From Selaginella moellendorffii (taxonomy: Eukaryota > Plantae > Lycopodiophyta): a DNA stretch of 64,000 nucleotides. Position 1 is the first letter of the stretch. Every line of letters starts with the position of its first letter. A program made the position numbers and the translations under genes. Shown here one piece after another: positions 14,788-25,650 of the stretch. The notes beneath the pieces are model-generated. The model was not told the origin of the DNA. It saw only the letters and a program-made list of their open reading frames with translations, and searched no databases. The stretch is from positions 1,467,208 to 1,531,207 of the forward strand of contig NW_003314302.1 of NCBI RefSeq assembly GCF_000143415.4, in the 5' to 3' direction.

Positions 14788-17528
14788 TGTAAGAAATTAA
14801 ATTTTTCATTTTACTTTAGTCATTTAACCACATCTTAACCACTTGGATGAATTTCACTCACAACCTCCAAAGTCTTATTCCTAACTTAGGGGCATGCTAG
14901 CCTAGTGAATGACATCTATATCATTTATCCTTTGCACTTGGTCCAAGTGCTCTACGTGTTTCATCCTATGACCGACACCCCAAAGGGGCCACTGAAATAT
15001 CAATTTATTACACTAAAGCCATGTCTATTCACCTTTGGCTTGTAGGCAGTCCAAGACTATTTGTACCACAGTCTCAACTCTCAAAGACTAGGCTATCTAT
15101 TTATGAGTGGTTATCCCATAACCACACCTTAGCATCCTTAGGATGCTTGAAGATATAGGGAACACCCTTCCCCAATATTCCTTCTTCATTTCTCACTATG
15201 TTCATTTCCATCCACGGCCGTACTCGCCAACACTTCCATTGGATCAAGGCCTGAAGGCCTGACCACTAAGTTTCATTGACCTCTAGGACTTCCTTGCCAC
15301 ATAACTGTATCCTTGGTCATTACACACAAGGATTGCTCCTCTTCTTTTCCATAGTCTGGGATTTTGGGATAACATTTTAAAACACCACGACTCAATGTGA
15401 GTCTTGTGGGTACTCTCCCACTTTCTGCCTCAAGGTGCCTTAGCTATGTGGCTAGAGTGAGGTTTCGATGAGCCACACTAGGTATCCAAGTAGGTAATGC
15501 CACTCACATTTGGATTGGGAGTATCGATCATTCAATCTCTCGGGGAAGCTATAATTGGCTTTTGAACACTTCACTAAGTTACCCTATTGTAAGCCACAAA
15601 TTTTTCCTTTCCCATTTGCCAGCTTACGTCGTCTATCCGTCCAACACTACCTCGGCTTTTGCTAAGTTCCCTCGCCAAGGTTCCCGCCTATGGTACCAGC
15701 TCCTACTTGGTCCTACTTGGTTTCAGCTACTCACTGCACGAGCAATGGAGCATTAGCCATCCATCTACGAATTCCCAAATCTCTCCCAATCCCCCTCCCC
15801 GGGTTAGATTGGACTTAAGGTTCAGCTACACTCCCCACAAGCACAAGCAGCCAAGCACACCAAGCCTCTAGGTTCCTCACACCCCTTGGTACCACAAAAC
15901 TTGATCATGGGACCCTCTAAATCCCAAGTCTTGGGTGCAACACTTGCTTCGGGATGCCAGGCAAAAAACCATGGCCTAACGGCCCAGTATGGGTACCTCT
16001 ACCCCCCCCACTTTCATCCCGAAGGAAGGCCCAAGCCAAGCCCCTAGGAAGGGCGAGGACCAATGAACCGCATGGTACTCAAGTGGGGCACCACTCCACA
16101 TGAGCTAGGAGCACCGCAGTCGGTTTCCCTTTCGGGAGTGGGAGTTGCTCTTGAGCACTTCCTGGGGTGGCCCCTCCGGCACCACCCAAGTCCCTACTCA
16201 CTCCCACCCAAGGCCCATCAGCCCCAGTCTCAACCTCAAGTCAGTTTGGAAGCACCACTGGAGAGTTTCTTCAAGACTGGTTCCTGGACCTCACTATCTC
16301 TACTATACTTTTGGAACCCCCTGCAGCCCCCCCCCCCCTTGGGAAACGCACCCTTTGGGCTTTCACCCCTTGACCCGTATTAGTACTTGGACTCGGTCTC
16401 GGTCTCGGACTCGATCTCGGACTTGATCTCGGACCCGACTTTGGACTCGATCTCGGACTCGATCTTGGACCCAATCTCGGACTCGACTTTGGACTCAACC
16501 TTGGACTTAGTCTCGGACCCGATTTGGATCTCGGACTCTGTCTCGAACTCGCCTCGAACTCGGTCTTGAACTCGGTCTCCGATTCGGCCTCGAACTCGAT
16601 CCTGGACTCTATCTCGAACTCAGTCTCAGAGTCGGTCTTGGACTTGATCTTCGACTCGGTCCCATCCGATGAACTCTTTGTCATTTTGGTTATGCTTTCG
16701 GGGATCCTTTAGCCTATGACACCTTGGAAAGTTGGTTCCTTACAACTCCACCACCCATAGAAGAAATTTGATGCCCACATTGAACGTCTCTTTTTTATCC
16801 TACGACTTGTTGACCATGTCTCCGGGGGCATCCCCCTACTTAGAGGTGTGCCTAAGTTAGCTTCCCCGGCCAAGAGCCCATGACAACGGAATATAGGTGT
16901 CCCTATACTCCTCACCTCACCACGCCCTAGTATAGGGTCGGGACTTGAACCCAGCCTTGCTTTACTAGGGGGTTGGGACTCAAACCCAACCTCCATAGAA
17001 TATGTCTACGGATTCGACATCCCCGCAGGGAGTCGGGCGTAGTTCCCTACGCTTGGTCGACCTAGCTAACCCATGCTAATTAGCTTACCTTCGGCACGCT
17101 TTCGGGTCCCAACCTATGCCATTGCTCAACTTCACAAATTGATACTTTAATTGAACTTTGCATAAGTACATAGAGTTTTGCCTTGCAGAAATTCCTCCAC
17201 TAAATCTCACATGTTCGCTAGGTTCTCCTCCGGTTCCCATGTTGCTTCGCAGTGAGGAAATCCTTTCCACTTCACATGGAACTCTCTCACCTCGCGTCCT
17301 TGTCACTTGCTCTTGCACGCATTAAGGATGGCCTCGACTTCATATTCCTCTTCCCCTTGGATAACTTTAGGTAAAGGTCTTACTTGGTCCTTGTGAAGCG
17401 GATCCTTAAAGTACAGTTTGAGTAAGTTCATGTGGAACACTAGGTGCATCTTCCCCATCTCTCGAGGAAGTTGGAGATGGTAAACCACTTTACCGATTTG
17501 TGCCTCAATCTCGTAAGGCCCCACGAAC

Positions 17529-17580
17529 CTACTTAAGGAACTCAGGATCAATTCATTTACAAGAATACATGCATTTTCAC
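17529..17580 (-). other. 52-nt GT-AG intron-like sequence in the integrase of element C
   Basis: Minus strand CAAAG|GTGAAAATGC...TTCCTTAAGTAG|GTTCGTGGGG. Excision restores QR-FVGPY. Unspliced, it reads AGG TGA (stop). Confidence 0.85.
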
Positions 17581-17998
17581 CTTTGGGTCAACTTCTGGCT
17601 GATCCCACTTGGTAGCCTGAGGTTCTTGGTGTTCAGCCACACCTTCTCCCCAGCTTGGAACTCTACTTCCTGACGCTTTTGATTCGCGTACTTGGTTTGC
17701 CTTTGTTGAGCCTGTTCCAAGGAATCCCTCACTAGATTCCAAATGTTAAGTCTTTTTGCCGTAAATGCCTCCACTGCGGGTAACTCTTCATGATATTCGG
17801 CCATGCCGAGTTCCACAGGACTTTCAATAGCTCGCCCATTGATGACTTCCCATGGACTCACTCCGATGCTCGAATGTGATGAGTTATTATAACACATTTC
17901 CGCAAGTCCCAAATGACTTATCCAATCAGTCTGGTCTCCTGAGACATAGCATCACAAAAAATCCTCCAGCTGCCTATTCACCCTTTCCGTTTGTCCGT

Positions 17999-18045
17999 CT
18001 GTCAAGAAATGTTAGTGCCATCAAACTTGACTTAATACCCATTAC
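17999..18045 (-). other. 47-nt GT-AG intron-like sequence in the integrase of element C
   Basis: Minus strand CAGACAG|GTAATGGG...GCACTAACATTTCTTGACAG|ACGGACAA, with branch point CTAAC and a pyrimidine tract. Excision restores YHPQT-D-GQTERVN. Confidence 0.9.
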
Positions 18046-21000
18046 CTGTCTGTGGGTGATAAACTGTGCTGAAGTTCAACTTGGTGCGATATTGTTCCAG
18101 GAGTGTTCTCCAGAACCTTCTGGTGAAGATCTTATCTTGATATGAGATTATCTCTTCTAGCCTTCCCCGCACTCGAACCACTTGTTCAAAGAACAGTTTT
18201 GCCACACCTTCCGCATCCACTTCTGTTGTGGTGGGTATGAAATGTGCCATCTTCGAAAATCAATCCACCACCACGAATATCGCATCGAACCCCTCACTTG
18301 GGGGGAGTCCCGTGATGAAGTCCATCGTAAGACATTTCCACGGACAATCTGGAATTGGGATGCTTTGTAACAAGCCCCCACTAGCCTTAGTCACAGCTTT
18401 GCCCGGCTGACATGTTAGGTATATCTTTACATAGACTTGGACGTCCTTAGCCATATCTGGCCAGTGGTACTTCCTTTTGAATAAGCCCATCGTCTTGGGA
18501 ACTCCGCCATGTCCTGCAAGAGGTCCATCATGACACTCTTCTAAGGCTACCTTAGTTCCCACACCTTCGTTTGCTTGTAATATATGAATCCATTGTGTTT
18601 TGCATAGCCCGTTTTCTCTTCCGTTGGCAGCTCACCTCTCTGGTGAGCTTCCCGTGCCTCTAGATTCCTCAGCAACACTTCTTGTGCTAGACCATCATTT
18701 TCGTATGCGGTCTGCACATCATCCCAAAAGGTTGCTGTCGCGCTAGATATCGCCAACTTCAAGCTCGCTTTTTGACTTAGCGCATCTGCCATGATATTGC
18801 TTTTCCCAGGCTTATACAGAATCTCGCAATCAAACTCGGCCCAATCATTAGCCCACCAACCTTGTTTCCCTCTCAGGTCGGGCTGTGACAAGAAGTGTTT
18901 CGTTGCCACATTGTCCGTGTAAACCTTGAAGTGTCTCCCAAGGTAGTGTCGCCACTCCTTGAGCGCCTTGACCACTGCAAACAATTCTTTCTCATGGGCA
19001 GGCCATTTTTGTTGAGCCTTGTCCAACTTTTTTGAGAAGAACATTACTGAATGGTTGTTTTGCTTCAAAACTGCACCCAACGCAAAGTCTGAAGCATCCG
19101 TTTCTACCTCAAAGTCTTTACCAAAGTCTGGTAATGCCAACAAAGGAGCCTTCTTCAACTTCCCCTTGAGGTGGACGAATGCCGCCTCGCATTCCGCTGT
19201 CCATACCATCTTTCCTTTTCCCGTTTGGTCCATTAAGGGTAGGGCTACTCTTGAATAGTGTCTGATAAACTTTAGATAATAGTTGCATAGCCCTAAGAAT
19301 GCCCTTAACTCGTGTATATTCGATGGTCACTCCCAATCTTGGATCGCTTAGACCTTCTCAGGGTCCACCTTGAGCCCGTTCTTGCCCACCACATGCCTAA
19401 GAAACTTTACCTCTTGTTGAGCAAAGTCACATTTGCTCTCTTTAGCATACAGTTGGTGTTCCCTTAGTTTCTCAAACACCTTCGTTAAATGTTTGGCATG
19501 CTCCTCTAGCGTTTTGCTATAGATCAGGATGTCGTCAATATAGACGACCACAAAGTGATCCAGATAGGGTACAAAGATATGGTTCATCAACGCCGAAAAC
19601 GTTGCCGGCGCATTGTATAGCCCGAAGGGCATCACCAGAAACTCAAAGCTCCTATACCTCGTTCGATAGGTTGTCTTCTTGACATCTTCTTCTGCTACCC
19701 TGATCTGGTAGTATCCTGACCTCAGGTCAATCCTCGAGAAATATTTTGCCTTTCCCAACCTATCGAACAAGTCCTCAATCCTTGGCAAAGGGTACTTGTT
19801 CTTCTTTGTATACTTGTTGAGCAATTGGTAGTCTATGCACATACGCATAGATCCATCTTTCTTTTTCACAAATAGCACCGGCGCCCCATACGATAACTTG
19901 CTCAACCTAACATACCCTTTGTCCACCAACTCTTCTAGTTGGCGCTTGAGCTCTGCGAGTTCTTTTTAGTTCAAACGATAGGGGGGATGAACCACCGCTT
20001 CAGCACCCTCGACTAGCTCAATCTTATATTCTATCGGTCGTGCGGGGGGCAACCCCACCGGTAGCTCCTCCGGCATGGTATCTTGGAATTGGTCCAACAC
20101 CCATTGGATCACTAAAGGTACTTCTTTCGTTCTTGTCTTTTTGTCACTTCTCATTAAGAGTAAGCACAAAAATGCTGCCTTGGTCCCTTTAGTGAGTTGT
20201 CCTCTCGTGGACACCAGGTTTAGGCATGAATCTTTGGCCTTGTATTGCCCTACCTTTAGATCCTGGGCCTCCACCCTAGATCTTCTTCCTTGGGCATTCA
20301 CTAGTACCACAAGGTTCCTACCTTGTCCATGCACGGCTACCACAAAACGATTGAACCAATTCATCTCGAAGATCACGTCAAATCCCGTTATGTCCAATAC
20401 GGTGAAATCCATGTCTACTTTCCATGTCCCTACTTCGACTCTCACTTGTTGAAGTACCTCATCGGTGCTTTGGCTACTTTGAACAAACTCTATAGTCCTT
20501 GGTTTGCCCAGCCGCTGCACCGTTAGTCCGGCTTGCCGGACTATGTCTGCGACCACAAAATTATCCGAAGCACCCATGTCAATAAGGATCTTAACAAAGC
20601 TACCTCCGAGCTTCCCTCGGAGGGCTAGTAGATGTTGCGAACGACTCTCTACCAAAGTTTCTCGTGTAATGAGTAACTTTGAGCTAGGGACTGGATCACA
20701 TACCTCAATTTTAGTTTCACCCAACTTAATGGCCATATTGGCTCTGGCCTTCTTCGGGTAGGGACATTTCACCGCAGTTGTAGCATACGTTGTTTCTCAC
20801 GCTGCTAAATGACTTGATCTTCTTATCTGTGGGTTTGTCTCTTTTTGCTTGACTCTCCCGCTGGCCACCGGATTTGCCTTTCCAGAACTCTGAGGACTCA
20901 TTCTTAGAGAAACTCTTCTTGAATTTCCCTTTGCTATATGTTCCCCTTGGTTTTGCCCTCTTGCTAAACGTGGATCCCGACCCCGTCGTGTTCCCCTTCC

Positions 21001-22817
21001 ATAGGTTATTGCTGAAATGCACCTTAATAGCTGCATCCAACGCTTCTTTGTAATTGGTCGGGTTCCACCGCATCACCTCGCCGCAAGCCCAGGTTTGCAA
21101 GCCCAATATGAAGGCATGGAACATATCCGTGACAAGTATCCTCTTTGCCATAAACCCATTCACATACTCCTGAATGGTTCCAGTCTGCTTCAGCCTACTC
21201 AGCTCGTTTCTTAGATGCAGAGTAGCATTCGGAGGAACGTAAGTCGCGCGGATCCTTGCCTTCACCATGTCCCAAGTGGCCACCGGTCCTTCGTTGGCCT
21301 CCATCGTTTTCCACCAAGACTTGGCATTATCTGCCAAGTATGGTTTTGTATATGGGACCTTCTCCGAGCTCAGTAACCGCAACGCTCGGAAGTAGTTCTC
21401 CATATCGTAAAACCAATCCTCCACCACCTTATAGTCGTTCACTCCCTTAAAGACCAGTGGGGGCTTTGGTTTGTACTTGGGAACTGCTTGTGGGACTGAT
21501 TCCACTTCAGTCTGTTTGACCTTGTCTGGTTTTGCCTTAGTCCCTGCCAAAGGGTCCGCACCTTCTACACTGCCAACATCTGCAGTCTTTTTCCTTTTCT
21601 TCTGCTTCTCGTCATGCTTTAGCTTGCGCACAAGAGTCTCCAGCAGGGCATTGGTCTGTGCCAATTGTCCTTCTAGAACGTCCAATCGAGCCTTGAATGA
21701 CCGAACCTCACCACCGGACTCCTATTTGGAAGTTTCCTTACTAGAGTCCTCCACATGCAAGGATTCCTCATCCATAGCCTCTTGTTCGACCGGAGGCTCC
21801 AGCTCTACAGGAGGTTCCATCTCTGCCTTGGTTCGTTTCCGCCCTACCTTTGCCATCTCCCAGTAATCTGCCTCTATCCTTTGCTAGAACTGAGGAAAAG
21901 GCTCCGATACCAAATTGTAAGCCACAAATTTTTCCTTTCCCATTTGCCAGCTTACATCGTCTATCCGTCCAACACTGCCTTGGCTTTTGCTAAGTTCCCT
22001 CGCCAAGGTTCCCGCCTATGGTACCAGCTCCTACTTGGTCCTACTTGGTTTCAGCTACTCACTGCACGAGCAATGGAGCATTAGCCATCCATCCATGGAT
22101 TCCCAAATCTCTCCCAATCCCCCTCCCCGGGTTATACTGGACTTAAGGTTCGGCTACACTCCCCACAAGCACAAGTAGCCAAGCACACCAAGCCTCTAGG
22201 TTCCTAACACCCCTTGGTACCACAAAACTTGATCATGGGACCCTCTAAATCCCAAGTCTTGGGTGCAACACTTGCTTCGGGATGCCAGGGCAAAACACCA
22301 TGGCCTAACGGCCCGGTATGGGTACCTCTACCCCCCCACTTTCATCCCGAAGGAAGGCCCAAGCCCCTTGGAAGGGCGAGGACCAATGAGCTGCATGGTA
22401 CTCAAGTGGGGCACCACTCCATATGAGCTAGGAGCACCGCAGTTGGTTTCCCTTTCGGGAGTGGGAGATGCTCTTGAGCACTTCCTGGGGTGGCCCCTCC
22501 GGCACCACCCAAGTCCCTACTCACTCCCACCCAAGGCCCTACTCACTCCCACCCAAGGCCCCTCGGCCCTAGTCTCAACCTCAAGTCAGTTTGGAAGCAC
22601 CATTGGAGAGTTCCTTCAAGATTGGTTCCTGGACCTCATTATCCCTACTATACTTTTGGAACCCCCTGCAGCCCATTGTCCCAGCCTCTTTTTAATTAAA
22701 AATTTGAGCTCGCAGTCACGTATTCGTCAAGAGCCAGAACATACGTATGCCATCGGATTATTTCCGATTGCACATCCACGTCAACAACGTTTCCAACGAC
22801 TTACGTGAATAATACTC

Positions 22818-22917
22818 NNNNNNNNNNNNNNNNNNNNNNNNNNNNNNNNNNNNNNNNNNNNNNNNNNNNNNNNNNNNNNNNNNNNNNNNNNNNNNNNNNN
22901 NNNNNNNNNNNNNNNNN
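22818..22917. other. Assembly gap (100 N) at the poly-C tract of the element C LTR
   Basis: Run of N followed by poly-C. Confidence 0.99.
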
Positions 22918-25194
22918 CCCCCCCCCCCCCCCCCCCCCCCCCCGCCCCTTGGGAGATGCACCCTTTGGGCTTTCACCCCTTGACCCGTATTAGTACTCAG
23001 ACTTGGTCTCGGACTCGATCTCGGACTTGATCTCAGACTCGACTTCAGACTCGGTCTCGGACTCGATCTTGGACCCGATCTCAGACTCGACTTCGGACTC
23101 AACCTCAGACTCGGTCTTGAACCTGATTTGGATCTCGGACTCTGTCTCGAACTCGCCTCGAACTCGGTCTTGAACTTAGTCTCCGATTCGGCCTCGGACT
23201 CGATCCTAGACTCTATCTCGAACTCGGTCTCAGAGTCGGTCTTGGACTCGATTTTTTATTTGGTCCCATCCGATGAACTCTTTGTCATTTTGGTCATGCT
23301 TTCGGGGATCCTTTAGCCTACGACACCTTGGAGAGTTGGTTCCTTAAACCCATTTGTTTGTCTATATTCACTTTAGCCTTGGACTCTTTAATTATATCAT
23401 CACCCACCACATGGGTATAACCTTCCTTGGTCATACTAGCCTTTCCTGGCCAGACTAACTCCACTGGAGTCCTCTCTCTATTATACTTTTAGAACTCACC
23501 AAACCCCCTAGGGTCTAGGAGACAATTGCTTTGGGTTTTCACCTTGGACTTGGTCTTGGACTTGGTCCTGGTTCAGGTTGTGGTTGTGGTCACCGGTCCT
23601 GGTCCAAGTCGTAGTCACCAGTCCTAGTCCCAGTCCCAATCTCGGTCTCGGACCTAGTCTTGGCCTCGACCTCAGACTCAACTTTGGACTCAATCTCGGT
23701 CTCCATCTCAGACTTGACCATAAACTCAACCTCGAACCCCATCTCGAGCCCATCTCGGGTCTATATTGGACTCCATCTCGTACTCTATCTCGAGTCCATC
23801 TTGGACTTTATCTCGGACTTTATCTCAAGCTCCTTCTCAGACTCCTTTTTTGGACTCATTCCTGATATTTTCATGTGTCATGACACTTATCATATGTCAA
23901 TCCTTCTTGTGTCCCTTTTTAGAGATTTATTCACCGATTGTTTTATGCTCATTTCTTGAGCATTTTGTTTGGGGTGTCACTCTCGCTTTCGACTTTCCAA
24001 GTCGAAACTTTTAGTCCAAACATGTTATGCTTGTTAGACTTCCACTTCAACCATTACTATGTGGCACCCTTTTGGCTCCACTTTTGGGGATTAAGGATTT
24101 GTGTCTCACAATAATCTAGTGTTTTTGGGTAATGGATATGCCCATTTTTGTATTTTCTTTCCATATTAAATGCTCTCACAATATTATAATAATACTTTGT
24201 GTGCTTAACTATTGGTTTGCTTAATAGTTATTAATTAATTAATTAATTATAAATATCTTTGTAATTTATAAACATACAGATATTAAAATAAACTACTAGG
24301 AAGTGTTAGGAAAGGTTATAAGTTTTAAACATATTTATAAATTATAAATATAAAATTAATCTAAATGAATAACAACAATTGTGAGGTCCAAGTGTATGGC
24401 TATGATATTGTATACTAATATTAGCATAGTGGGATTTTGGTAGCCATCAGATTGGTTTCAATCCGAACCACTCGCTCCTATATATAAACTTAGGTTTTTG
24501 GACTAATTGATATGCACATTTTTTGAATTCCCTTTCTATATTCCATGCACTTACACTAATTATTTTTAAAGTCTATTTTGAATATTTTGTTATAATATTC
24601 AGTTGTTAATTTCATTTATTTTGATATTTCTTTGAGAAATTATTTATTCTTTTATTTTCTTGATTTTATGTGCAAACGTCAAGGAAATGTTGGAAAAGGG
24701 TGTTATTCAAAAGTTGTAGAGTCCTTAGGCATGTGAACCTCATCTTGTGACAAAGTTTGATGGGAGTATTTGTTTCTGTATTGAGAATTGTCCGTTAAAT
24801 GAAGTGACGATCTCTAATGTATACCCTTTTCCTAATATGCTGGAGGTGACTACTGACTTCATTGATGATGACATAGGAGGAATACATCCATAATGTTAGT
24901 AAAGTGTTGGATCGGGTAAAGGACGTTAATTTAAAGTTAAGTAGTCGAAGTGTGTATTTGGTGTGAGACACAAAATCCCTAAGCCCCAAAGTGGAGCCGG
25001 AAGGGCGCCACGTAGTAGTCGCCGAAGCGAAAGCCAAACGAGAGTAACACGTTTGGACTAAAAGCTCTGACTTGGAAGGTCAAGAGTAGGAGTGGAACTC
25101 CCAACAAAGTGCTTGAGGAGCGAGCACGAGGCAACCAATAAGCAAGGCTCCAAAAAGAGACCCAAAAAGGACCAACACATGACACGTGGAAGTG

Positions 25195-25506
25195 TCCGAG
25201 ATGGACCGAGACGAAGTCTGAGATGGAGTCCGAGATGGACCGAGATAGAGTTTGAGATGGAGTTCGAGATGGAGTCCGAGATGGAGTCCGAGATGGAGTC
25301 TGAGATGGAGTCCGAGATGGAGTCCAAGATGGACCGAGACAAAGTTCGAGATGGAGTTCGAGATGGAGTCCGAGATGGACCGAGACGGAGTCCGAGATGG
25401 AGTCCGAGGTGGACTGAGACGGAGTTCAAGATGGAGTCCGAGATGGAATCCGAGATGGAGTCCAAGAAGGACCTGAGATGGAGTCTGAGGTCGAGACTGA
25501 GATCGG

Positions 25507-25540
<34 letters not shown>

Positions 25541-25650
25541 AAGACCGAGACCGAGATCGGGACCGAGACCGAGCCCGAGCCCGAGGCTGAGTGTGAGTCT
25601 GATCCCGAGTCTGAGTCCGAGTCCGAGTCCGAGTCCGAGTTTGAGTCTGA
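25195..25650 (+). repeat. Hexamer/12-mer minisatellite inside the B LTR: (GAGATGGAGTCC)n, (GAGACC)n, (GAGTCC)n
   Basis: Direct reading. Other copies at 35935-36400, 4590-4820 and 23540-23850, with a related array in the C LTRs (16388-16660, 22997-23250). Confidence 0.95.

Larger units (their letters stand above)
17147..21856 (-). pseudogene. gag-pol of element C (stops, small deletions, two intron-like inserts)
   Basis: Gag, protease IDMGA, RT YIDD, RNase H TDAS, integrase H-GH...DFITGLP...HPQT^DGQTE, FVGPY, chromodomain YEVEAIL..VKWKGF..ATWEP. Confidence 0.93.
15588..23348 (-). mobile_element. Element C: full-length Ty3/Gypsy chromovirus with intron-interrupted integrase
   Basis: LTRs 15588-16744 and 21916-23348 (the latter contains an N gap). 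TSD CCTAT/CCCAT with one mismatch. PBS TGGTATCGGAGC at 21901-21912. PPT CTATGGGTGGTGGAGT at 16745-16760. Confidence 0.95.
14788..24110 (-). mobile_element. Old family-B LTR (minus strand), split by element C
   Basis: Starts tgtaag (14788) and ends gtgtctcaca (24110), the reverse complement of the B LTR termini. The halves 14788-15587 and 23354-24110 join colinearly. Confidence 0.85.

Noticed and set aside
16388-16660. Regularly spaced repeats resembling a CRISPR array
   Set aside because: No unique spacers. It is a degenerate 12-mer minisatellite in a eukaryotic LTR.
22675-22817. ~143 bp unique sequence in the C 5' LTR, absent from the sister LTR
   Set aside because: It starts at the poly-C tract and runs into the N gap, so it is most likely a low-quality read tail or misassembly.
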